This document shows, one piece after another, positions 44,393 to 52,610 of a DNA stretch of 64,000 bases. The notes under the pieces were generated by a model, which was given only the letters and a program-made list of their open reading frames with translations, was not told the origin of the DNA and did no database searches. The stretch is from an uncultured Desulfosarcina sp. (GTDB taxonomy: Bacteria; Desulfobacterota; Desulfobacteria; Desulfobacterales; Desulfosarcinaceae). The position numbers and the translations under genes are program-made. Within the stretch, counting starts at the first letter, position 1. Each line of letters begins with the position of its first letter. The stretch covers positions 320,001-384,000 of the forward strand of contig CAXXWQ010000001.1 in the NCBI GenBank assembly GCA_963674945.2. Direction: 5' to 3'.

Positions 44393-44658
44393 CTATTGCT
44401 GTTTTGGCGACAATGTACCATTTAGGTACTTGTGAATGATACTTGAAATAAGCGTCTGATAAGGAATTCCTTCTTCAACTGCTTTTATTTGAATTTGATG
44501 ATAGTCTTTTTTAGGGTGTTTCGAGCAGCTTCAATAGCGGCTTTTTTTTGATGTTTGAGATCCTTTACGGGTTTCCATTCATCATTTTCAAGCGATTTCA
44601 TCAAATCACTTTCTTCTTTATCCAATGGTTCAAATGCCCTTTTGTTTAATTTTTTCAT
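44393..44658 (-). pseudogene. CopG/BrnA-like antitoxin pseudogene (internal deletion and frameshift; toxin absent)
   Basis: MKKLNKRAFEPLDKEE...AARNTLKK / DYHQIQIKAVEEGIPYQTLISSIIHKY in different frames; 266 bp, not a multiple of 3. Confidence 0.75.
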
Positions 44659-44673
44659 ATTTCCCCCTTCAAG

Positions 44674-44746
44674 CCATATCGTCTTATATCACCTGTGTGA
44701 GTGAAGTGCAGCGGAACTCACATCCGAGTGAATTCAGTTGTTCGAT
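44674..44746 (-). mobile_element. attC-like site B
   Basis: Minus strand ATCGAAC aactga ATTCACTCGGATGTGAGT...ACTCACACAGGTGAT ataagac GATATGG (R' degenerate), 8 bp after the VapC stop. Confidence 0.7.
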
Positions 44747-44754
44747 GAGCTAAA

Positions 44755-45162
44755 TTATTCAGGAGAAATGATTTTGACAGTTGGAAAATAGGTCTGATAC
44801 CTATGTTTATCTCGTGTAATTAATTCAAGATCTAATACAGCAGCCTGTGCACCAATAAAAAAGTCCGGCAAGGGGGACTTTTTTACACCTTTATGCTTTC
44901 GGTAGTTGAGAAAGGCTTTACCGGCAAGGAAAAGGGCTTCTTTTGGAATTTCTAACATACGAAATCCGCTTTTCGAAAGAGCTACTTCCAACTCCTCAAT
45001 CTTTTTAAAACCAATGGAAATTTCGGTGTATATAATTTGGTTAATGAAGAGGGAAGTATGATTGGAATATTCATTTAGAACGGCCTCCGACCATTCAGCC
45101 CAAATAGGATCATCGAGAAAAACATCAAGGATGATATTTGAATCAACAAGAAAGCCTTTCAT
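44755..45162 (-). CDS. PIN/VapC type II toxin
   Basis: 'LVDSNIILD', 'IYTEISIGF', 'PLPDFFIGAQA', 'ITRDKHRY'. Confidence 0.92.
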   Translation of the reverse strand: MKGFLVDSNIILDVFLDDPIWAEWSEAVLNEYSNHTSLFINQIIYTEISIGFKKIEELEVALSKSGFRMLEIPKEALFLAGKAFLNYRKHKGVKKSPLPDFFIGAQAAVLDLELITRDKHRYQTYFPTVKIISPE

Positions 45163-45386
45163 AAATCATCTCTTGTGAGCGCCATAATTTCGTCTGTGGT
45201 CATTTTAACGGTCGCAATTCCACGAAGCTTTTTAAACTTGCGGGACGCACGTGCCGCTCCTTTGCGTTTAACCAAAAAGACTCGATCTCCCTCTTGTAAA
45301 AAATCGACCTCGGTATCGGCGGTAATTCCTAATTTTTCTCGTATGTTAATTGGTATCGTAACCTGTCCTTTAGTTGTGACTTTCAT
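45159..45386 (-). CDS. AbrB/MazE/SpoVT-family antitoxin
   Basis: 'MKVTTKGQVTIPINIREKLGI...VDF'; ATGA overlap with toxin. Confidence 0.92.
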   Translation of the reverse strand: MKVTTKGQVTIPINIREKLGITADTEVDFLQEGDRVFLVKRKGAARASRKFKKLRGIATVKMTTDEIMALTRDDL

Positions 45387-45394
45387 TTCTCCCT

Positions 45395-45414
45395 CCAGTA
45401 TTACGTATTACTGG
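45395..45414. promoter_or_regulatory. Palindromic operator upstream of the AbrB-VapC operon
   Basis: CCAGTATTACGTATTACTGG near-perfect palindrome beside the RBS. Confidence 0.6.
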
Positions 45415-45454
45415 TAAGGATAATACAACGTTTTTAATAAATCAAATGAATTTC

Positions 45455-45516
45455 ATCGAACGTTGTGCTGTGGGGCGCGCTGCTTTTTGCGCGTCCCTAC
45501 CAGCAGATGGTTCGAC
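45455..45516 (-). mobile_element. attC-like site A (62 bp, canonical-looking)
   Basis: Minus strand GTCGAAC catc TGCTGgTAGGGaCGCGC aaaaagca GCGCGCCCCACAGCA caac GTTCGAT, with extrahelical bases in the left arm. Confidence 0.8.
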
Positions 45517-45594
45517 AAAGTGCTAAACAAATAACTATAACTCTGAGAATGATTCTTTGTTAAAATCCAATAAAAAAGGATAATTAATCTCTAT

Positions 45595-46290
45595 TCAATT
45601 TGAATCTTTTGAATTTTGCGAAGATTGTTTCTCCTTTTTGGATTTAGGTTCTGTAAAAGCTAAACCAACTTTTTGGTTTACATATGAAGCAATTAAGAGA
45701 GCAATCAACGACAATGTGTAAATCCCTTGTAACCAAGTTAAAAAGGCTGATAGGGCAGAATTGGTCTGTAGCGCAAAATAATTAGCTCCTACAGTGCTGA
45801 GCGCGCTAAATAAGACGAAGTCCAATGTAAGTTTGATCACAGGTGATCCATTAATAATTATATCAGATTGGTACTGAAATGGTGGTTCTGGATACGAGAA
45901 TGTGCTTGGGAAAAGCAGCCACAACTGTCTGCACATCAATGCAAACAAAATTACTGAAACCACATAAAAAAATAAAATATTCTGCCGCCGAATAGTCGCG
46001 CGCATTTCGAGCACATACTTGAAATAATATATGCTCATATTAATCAGCACAAATATCAATGCTGCATCTATACAGAGAGGGAATGCTCTAACACATATCA
46101 CTGCAATTTTAGACTTACTCAGTAAGTCTTGAAACGGTATGATTACAACAAGGCTTGTAAGAAAAAACAATAACGCCAATGCACAGAAGCTGTACCAAAG
46201 CCTTTGCAAAGTTGGCACGTTTATCCAGTCTTTTGATTCTTCGTCAAAGACGAGAACTAAATCAGCAAGAGATTTTAAAAAACTAATCAT
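45595..46290 (-). CDS. Cassette-borne polytopic membrane protein (Ion_trans_2-like C-terminus without GYG)
   Basis: AT-rich 231-aa ORF with about 5-6 hydrophobic segments, bounded by GTTCGAC...GTCGAAC core sites. Confidence 0.65.
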   Translation of the reverse strand: MISFLKSLADLVLVFDEESKDWINVPTLQRLWYSFCALALLFFLTSLVVIIPFQDLLSKSKIAVICVRAFPLCIDAALIFVLINMSIYYFKYVLEMRATIRRQNILFFYVVSVILFALMCRQLWLLFPSTFSYPEPPFQYQSDIIINGSPVIKLTLDFVLFSALSTVGANYFALQTNSALSAFLTWLQGIYTLSLIALLIASYVNQKVGLAFTEPKSKKEKQSSQNSKDSN

Positions 46291-46309
46291 GACAATTTCA
46301 TTTCTCGTA

Positions 46310-46345
46310 GTCGAACCTAGTTTAGACGTCCTAAAAGACGCCTTA
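46310..46345 (-). mobile_element. attI-like cassette-entry site 1
   Basis: Minus strand ...GGACGTCTAAACTAG-GTTCGAC: inverted half-site, short spacer and GTT core, with no attC stem upstream. Confidence 0.5.
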
Positions 46346-46374
46346 TAATACGCCCCTTTTGCAGACGAAATCGA

Positions 46375-46441
46375 ATTAGAAGCCCAAATAGGCTAATAAT
46401 TCCAGCATATGCCGTATTAGAAGCCTATTTGGGCTTCTAAT
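46375..46441. repeat. Perfect 20-bp inverted repeat with 27-bp spacer
   Basis: ATTAGAAGCCCAAATAGGCT ... AGCCTATTTGGGCTTCTAAT. Confidence 0.85.
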
Positions 46442-46710
46442 AATTTGGCTATTAGTATCGTTTGTAGTGTGATATGAACAAATGTATCTATTTTTGTGGA
46501 TCTGGAAACTATCGAACAATTCGGTCATATAATCGTAAAGGATGGATGAACCAAATTTCCTTAAAAATCAATAATATTATTTGTTTGAAATTTATCAATA
46601 TTCAACGTTCAATCCCGTTGGGGGCTTGCAGATCAAGGCCTTTAGTGCCACAATATTCGCGTATCTAAAAGATATCAATGGAATCTGGCAACCAGAAAGG
46701 ATGTAAGTAA

Positions 46711-47676
46711 ATGCGGTTTTCCAATGCGGTGCTTGGCATTGTATGCGGATTGATGTCATTTTTCTGTGGTATGGCGTGGCTGAACAACGTCTATCTTTCA
46801 TGGATCAAGCGTATCTGGCGGATGGATCAGGAGATCGCCGCCCAAACCACCGGTCTGTTTCCATTTCTTGATGTTTTCGCCATCGACCATTCCACCGTAT
46901 CCACATTTATCCCTTTCTTCGGTCTGGCATGGGCGGCATGGGGCTTTTACAGAATATACCGGCATACGGAAAAAAAGGTCAAAATAGACGTGGGAAAGGA
47001 GTTTCCGTTCTTTTCCGGCTACAATGAATGGATGGTCTCTCTGGGACTCATGGGTACCGTCTGGGGGCTGATCATGATCGGATACCTCCCGAATCTGGAG
47101 CACCTGAAGATCACCGATCTGATCGGAGCGCTCCGCACGGCATTGTTTTCGACGCTGGCGGCCCTGGTCTGGGTGTATATCTTCGTGTTGAGAATTATCC
47201 GTCCGGGAATGCAATTTCTTGCCGAGAAATATGTGGGCCCGGCTGAACCTTCCCCCACTGTGGCTTCGCTGCAGACGGCCATTGAAACATTTGCCGCAAA
47301 CCTTGAACGACTCAATTCGGTCATTGCCGAGAGCACCCATGTTGTGGATGAATTCAGAAAGAAGGCAACCGTCGAAAATATGGAGAAAGTGGAAACGTTG
47401 ATCACGACATGCATTGAAACGCTGCCCAATATCAAGGAATCGTGCGATCAACAGACAGAGACACTCAAGGAAGCAAGGACTCTTTTGGACGAACAGCTTG
47501 CCGTTTCCCGCCAGAATTCATCTCAATTGGAAAGCATCGCAAAATCGCAGGCAGACCGTGGTCAGAACCTGGCGGCGATCAAAGATTCCCTGAATCAAAG
47601 AGATGACCGTGATGCGAAGAACAGAGAACGGTTGGGCAAAATTGTCGATGTCTTCAAAAAGTACAGCGAGGAATAG
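46711..47676 (+). CDS. MotA/TolQ/ExbB proton-channel family protein with C-terminal coiled-coil tail (ZorA-like architecture)
   Basis: 'SLGLMGTVWGLI' and 'GALRTALFSTLAAL' channel helices, then about 150 aa of helical sequence. Confidence 0.8.
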   Translation: MRFSNAVLGIVCGLMSFFCGMAWLNNVYLSWIKRIWRMDQEIAAQTTGLFPFLDVFAIDHSTVSTFIPFFGLAWAAWGFYRIYRHTEKKVKIDVGKEFPFFSGYNEWMVSLGLMGTVWGLIMIGYLPNLEHLKITDLIGALRTALFSTLAALVWVYIFVLRIIRPGMQFLAEKYVGPAEPSPTVASLQTAIETFAANLERLNSVIAESTHVVDEFRKKATVENMEKVETLITTCIETLPNIKESCDQQTETLKEARTLLDEQLAVSRQNSSQLESIAKSQADRGQNLAAIKDSLNQRDDRDAKNRERLGKIVDVFKKYSEE

Positions 47677-47681
47677 ATCGG

Positions 47682-48497
47682 ATGCAAATGGACACCCATC
47701 TGGCCGATAAGCCTATTCATGAGATCCTGACCGGATCCCAAACCAGCGACACAGCAGCCATCGATCGTGTGCTGTCGATTCTGGCACAGGTCTCCCTGGC
47801 GGTTTTGATCATCTTCATCATGATTGCCATATTGTTCGCCTCTTCCTATAAGGATCAGGCCCTTTACTACAAGCAACGATCGGAAGAGCTTGCCAACACT
47901 CCTGAAAAACAGGCGCTCATCGCCCTTCAGCGGCAAAAGCTCCTGTTGGCCTTCGAGAAAACGAATCACGATTACCGGCTGCGTCTGGGACATCTCACAT
48001 TTTACAGGACCGATGCACAACATCGGCGCGTGGTGCATACAGAGAATATTATCACCGGCAGAAAAATCCGGTACGACTTTCTCAAGGCCTGCGACTTTGC
48101 AAAACAGGAGCTTGCCGACTTCGATGCATTCAGGCAAAAGTACATGGAAATCGTGATGTCCAGGGCCGATCTGGTGCCTTCCGGCACGGAGCCCAAACCG
48201 GATATCCTGGATGAACAGAACAAATCGTGGTTTGCGGATCAGGTGCGCGCATCGACGACATCACTGTATGAGGACACCATCCGGTTGCAGGAGGACGCCA
48301 AGGAGGGGCTGGCAAAGTATTATCAGACCAACCTGTCGGAGATCAGTGAGTTGCGGGATCTGGCCGATACATTGACCACCACGCCGACGAGAGACCAAAT
48401 CGATTCCTTTACCAGGACAGTGAATCAATTTGTGGAAAATGAACTGGAGCGGCAAAATGTCAAGTTCCTCGTGAAGTCCCGGAAGACGGAAGGATAA
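47682..48497 (+). CDS. Single-TM protein, probable atypical MotB/ZorB-like partner
   Basis: N-terminal TM 'LSILAQVSLAVLIIFIMIAILF' 5 bp after the MotA-like gene; helical remainder, no OmpA motif. Confidence 0.65.
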   Translation: MQMDTHLADKPIHEILTGSQTSDTAAIDRVLSILAQVSLAVLIIFIMIAILFASSYKDQALYYKQRSEELANTPEKQALIALQRQKLLLAFEKTNHDYRLRLGHLTFYRTDAQHRRVVHTENIITGRKIRYDFLKACDFAKQELADFDAFRQKYMEIVMSRADLVPSGTEPKPDILDEQNKSWFADQVRASTTSLYEDTIRLQEDAKEGLAKYYQTNLSEISELRDLADTLTTTPTRDQIDSFTRTVNQFVENELERQNVKFLVKSRKTEG

Positions 48498-48502
48498 GTA
48501 GC

Positions 48503-50776
48503 GTGAGGTCGAAATCCACGATATGGCTTTTTCCCCTCCTGCTCATGCTTTTGGGTATGGGAATCTTTGCCCGGACTTCCAGTGCCCAGACGTCCGACAG
48601 GAGTGCCGACGGCATGGAGCGAAAAAAACTCTCGGTCATGCTTTTGATCGATGGCTCCGTACGAGGCATGGAGAGACAGCCCATGGATGCCCAACGCCTC
48701 TATGTGGAAATAGACCAAAACAAGCGGCAACACCAATCGCGGGACGATAGTTACGCCCTTTCACGGGCATTCATGGAAAAACAACTGGAAGAGGACCTGA
48801 AAATAAGAATTGATCAGATTCTTACAGCTTCGGGGCTAACGGATATGGATCCCGCATGGTGTGAATCAGTCGAAGCAGATGCCCTTTCCCAAGGAAAGAT
48901 CCATATCGAAGACAATCTGGCAGTGCACGCAGACGCGATATTCGGTGAAGCCCGATCAAAGGCAGTGGAAGAGCAGAGAATCAATCTTGTCCATCTTGCC
49001 ACACCCAAAACCCGTGAAGACTTTCTGAACGTGGAGAGGAGGTCGCCCGAACTTCATAAAGCGTTATTGGAGCGCTCCCTTCGGCTGTATCGTGAGCCGT
49101 TGTTATCGGAAAACCGGGATTACCTTGCCAGTCAGATCGATGGCATCATCCATGAAGCCTGGCGGCAGTTCGATACGCAGAGAAAAAAAGTCAGGGATTC
49201 AAAAGGGGGAGGGGACAGGGACATTACCATCGATGCAATTGAGCGGGCGATTCATGCCGAAATCGATCAGTACCGTGCTTCCCTGAAGAAACCATATCCT
49301 GTTTTTCCTTCTGTAAACGAATCCATTCCTCCCCGATCCAGACAGCTGGCTTTCGAAAAGTTCAGTCACTGGGCCGCCTCCTGGAACGATCCGATCCCCA
49401 AGGAGAGGCTCGTCGGACTGATTGAAAATGATATCGAAGCCCACCGCGTCGCATTCCAGAGCAAACAGGTGTTGTCTCAATTCTTTCTTTTAAAAACGCA
49501 GGCTGAGATGCTGTCCGAATATCTCCGCAGGGTTCCATCCAAGGACCAGCGTCGTTTACAAGCGTTTCTCATGGAGCAGCCATCGTTTTATGTTCAGATC
49601 GAAAAGGCTGTTGAAAAAGCCCTCCGTCACTTTGAAGAGGCCCGGCAGGATGTCAGTGAGGCGCAGTTCACCCGTTTATTTCCAACACTTGCCGACGGCT
49701 CATGGAAATTGAGCGAAACGGACGTCCAGAGACGCTACAACCAGGATCATAAAACGGACAGCGATAGACGCATACAGAACTTTCTGGCCAGCAAAAAGGT
49801 GATCGAAGAGACGGATCGATTGGTTCAAAAGGCGGTTTATCGCCTTGCCGACAGAGGAGATGCCGCCATCATGCTTCAAATGTCACTGGCCCAGGACAAT
49901 CGACAACGATCAAAGGAGAACGTGGACCGTCTCTTTCTGGAAACAGCAGATAGTGAGATGAAGATGGATTGGGTGCTTGCCCAGCTCGTAACAAAGGCCA
50001 CCAAGGAGATCCAGGAGGCCTGGTCCCACACGGAATTGTCCGAAAGTTACCCACAGCTGTTTGCTATCGTAAAGGATCAGATCCGGAAAGATATAAAAGA
50101 TCTGATCCCCATGGAGTTGAAACGAGGGGAAGAAATTCGCCGGACAGGGATAGTACAAACAAAAGGACAAGAAGATCCGGCGCAGGGCAAACCGCTTTAT
50201 GTGCAAGAAGAGAAAACGAGGCAAAGAGAAAAGCAAAAAAAGGAATTTGCACGGAGATCCCGGGAAAAAGGCGAATACAGAGGAACGGGAAGAGTCCGGG
50301 ACGGTCATTCCACAGGGGTGTCAGGGTACGGTGCGGGCAGTGGGGAAAACAGACTGCGGGATGTAGTCATCGACATCGACATCGAAAATGAGAAAATCGT
50401 CATCGTCTCCGTTACGATCGGTGATGACGCCCCGTTCACGTTTACCTTTCCTTTGCGCAAAGAAACATATAAGAATTACCGGGAACGGGTGGCGCCGCAC
50501 CTGGCCCATGTGGAAAAACGGCTGGCAGACCATTTTTCAGAAAGGATTCAGGATTTTCGGTTCGAGCCTGTCTATATCGTAACCCGGATTTTTCATGTAC
50601 GGGTGCCCTATGGCTTAGTCTATGACTTGCGCGAAAGCGTTCAAAAGGCGGTCAATGCGTTAGGCGGAAAGAAGTTGCCGGTTTACTGGTATGATGGCTT
50701 TTATCTGGACAAAAATCCTGTTCGCATAGTGGATATACGAAAGAAAAGCATCCGGATGGAGGCGGATTTCCAATAG
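48503..50776 (+). CDS. Large exported helical protein with possible C-terminal ExbD/TolR-like domain
   Basis: Signal peptide; about 520 aa helical; charged/Gly linker; 'VVIDIDIENEKIV...VYIVTRIFHVRVPYGLVYDLRESVQKA'. Confidence 0.65.
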   Translation: MRSKSTIWLFPLLLMLLGMGIFARTSSAQTSDRSADGMERKKLSVMLLIDGSVRGMERQPMDAQRLYVEIDQNKRQHQSRDDSYALSRAFMEKQLEEDLKIRIDQILTASGLTDMDPAWCESVEADALSQGKIHIEDNLAVHADAIFGEARSKAVEEQRINLVHLATPKTREDFLNVERRSPELHKALLERSLRLYREPLLSENRDYLASQIDGIIHEAWRQFDTQRKKVRDSKGGGDRDITIDAIERAIHAEIDQYRASLKKPYPVFPSVNESIPPRSRQLAFEKFSHWAASWNDPIPKERLVGLIENDIEAHRVAFQSKQVLSQFFLLKTQAEMLSEYLRRVPSKDQRRLQAFLMEQPSFYVQIEKAVEKALRHFEEARQDVSEAQFTRLFPTLADGSWKLSETDVQRRYNQDHKTDSDRRIQNFLASKKVIEETDRLVQKAVYRLADRGDAAIMLQMSLAQDNRQRSKENVDRLFLETADSEMKMDWVLAQLVTKATKEIQEAWSHTELSESYPQLFAIVKDQIRKDIKDLIPMELKRGEEIRRTGIVQTKGQEDPAQGKPLYVQEEKTRQREKQKKEFARRSREKGEYRGTGRVRDGHSTGVSGYGAGSGENRLRDVVIDIDIENEKIVIVSVTIGDDAPFTFTFPLRKETYKNYRERVAPHLAHVEKRLADHFSERIQDFRFEPVYIVTRIFHVRVPYGLVYDLRESVQKAVNALGGKKLPVYWYDGFYLDKNPVRIVDIRKKSIRMEADFQ

Positions 50777-50820
50777 CATCATCATTCTGTTCGCTAACAA
50801 CACGGATTCCTGACGTTGGG

Positions 50821-52080
50821 TCACATCTTGTACTCAAGGCCCACAAAATACTGAATTACTTCTTGGCCGACGGATCTTTCATATACTCCCATGGGCTCGC
50901 CGTTTGTCTTCGGATCTCCAGTGTGATGGGTATATCCAAGGCCCAGTATGAAAGACCAACGTGGAATGGGGCGCCACTGCGTACCCATGTTGATGGTCCA
51001 GTTATCGTAAAATGACGTGGTTGCGAGTGAATACCCTTCGTCGGGAACGCCAATCTCATTATAGAGAATACCGCCGATCAGTTCCCATTCAGGCGTAAGC
51101 TGGTATTCGACGAATCCTTGTATCTCATAGCCGTTGTCCCACTTGTCCGTGAGCGGTTCGTCGCTCCCGTTAATGCCTTTTTGCCAGAAATAGAGGAAAC
51201 CGCCACCGATTTTAAGTGCAGGCGTGAGTTGATAACTCCAACCCGAAAAGAAGGCTGCAGGCAAATCGTCGTGCATTTCCGCCCCATTGACGGTTCCGGA
51301 GTTGTCGCCTTGTTTCACATCCGCCTTTATCTTGATGCTGACCCTCGGGTCGTATCGCAGACCGAGTTTGAACTTATCATGTTTGAAAAGCATGCAAAGC
51401 GAGTGACCGACTCCCCAGCCCCCCCACGTCTGGTCCATTTTTACACTCGCAAGTTCTTGGCCGATATTCTGGATGATCAATGTCGTTTCACCCTCCCTGA
51501 AATTCATCGCATAAACCGCCCGTATCGCATAGCCTAATGAAAACATATCATTTATCGCCCAGGCGCCTCCCATCGAAAGGGCGCCTTTGCCGCCGGCAAA
51601 ATCAAATTCCTGATTCTCGGCCGTAATGGTTTGACCAAGGGCAGCGGAGGCTTGTTCCGCCGCATAATCAAAACCGGGAAATCGGTCAAAAGAGCCACCG
51701 CCATTGCCTCCGGGAAAAGAAAGGGTAAAGAAACCGGCCCAATTGTTTTTCTTATACGTTGCTGCAAAGTCGGGAATTAACCCCAAGGCTTTTTGCTCAT
51801 ATACCTTTCCGGTATCAACATCGGTAAGCTCAACAACACTTGGAGATATCATCGCGGATAAGTGAAAATGCTGGCCATCATCCATATACGCCGCGCCTGC
51901 CGGATTGTTAAGCACAGTGTCCGCATCTTCCGTTTCCGCATATCGTCCGCCACCACTAAGATACGCCTGTGCGCTCTGGGATGAAATGTTTCTGGCCCCG
52001 CACCCTGCCGAGGCATTGCCGGTGGTGAATAACAATGCTGCCATGGCCAAAATACCAACCTTCGCAAGATTTACGCTCAT
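50821..52080 (-). CDS. FadL/OmpP1/TodX-family outer-membrane transporter
   Basis: Signal peptide, 'NNPAGAA' (NPA motif), amphipathic beta-strands, C-terminal 'VGLEYKM'. Confidence 0.8.
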   Translation of the reverse strand: MSVNLAKVGILAMAALLFTTGNASAGCGARNISSQSAQAYLSGGGRYAETEDADTVLNNPAGAAYMDDGQHFHLSAMISPSVVELTDVDTGKVYEQKALGLIPDFAATYKKNNWAGFFTLSFPGGNGGGSFDRFPGFDYAAEQASAALGQTITAENQEFDFAGGKGALSMGGAWAINDMFSLGYAIRAVYAMNFREGETTLIIQNIGQELASVKMDQTWGGWGVGHSLCMLFKHDKFKLGLRYDPRVSIKIKADVKQGDNSGTVNGAEMHDDLPAAFFSGWSYQLTPALKIGGGFLYFWQKGINGSDEPLTDKWDNGYEIQGFVEYQLTPEWELIGGILYNEIGVPDEGYSLATTSFYDNWTINMGTQWRPIPRWSFILGLGYTHHTGDPKTNGEPMGVYERSVGQEVIQYFVGLEYKM

Positions 52081-52610
52081 CTTCCCCTCCATTTCGATGT
52101 TCTTATGAGTCTGAGGTTCTACAATTCGTCCGGGCCGAATAAAATGACGTAGAACGCAAGCTCCCCTTATTGCATGGGAAGTAGCCAGCCATGGCTGACA
52201 ATCAATGAGAAAACACCTGTTGGGACTGGGCGAAAAAGCAAACCGTGATCGAGGCAACGGTTTAAATGGCTACAGGGCGTAGAGCGGATCTGTTGTTCCG
52301 ACGCCCGGTAAATTTTCAACTGCTGTAGTAACTTTTTAATGGATAGGAACGATTTCTTTGAAAAGCTGTCCGGCGAACCGAAGTTTCCTGCCACAATACG
52401 AGAGAACTGCCGGAGAGAGCATCACGATAAATGGAAGCACAATAGGAGTGAGGGATAGACAGCAACCAGCGCAACAACGGACTTCGGTTTTTCTTTTCAA
52501 AAACAATACTGTTTTGTTTGTAAGCTGTCAATGGTGGTCTCAAAATGGAAGAAAGAGAAAGAAGGCAAGGAGGGGACGTAAACGAAATTGAGCTATCCGC
52601 TCAACCTGGG

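Noticed and set aside
46711..50776. Canonical Zorya, flagellar stator or ExbBD-TonB call
   Set aside because: No OmpA-like domain in gene 2, no ZorC/D/E helicase or nuclease, no TonB or flagellar genes; kept as a non-canonical finding
52090..52600. Riboswitch or sigma54 promoter upstream of the FadL-like gene
   Set aside because: Only a weak TGGCAG-N5-TTCG match and no riboswitch consensus recognised
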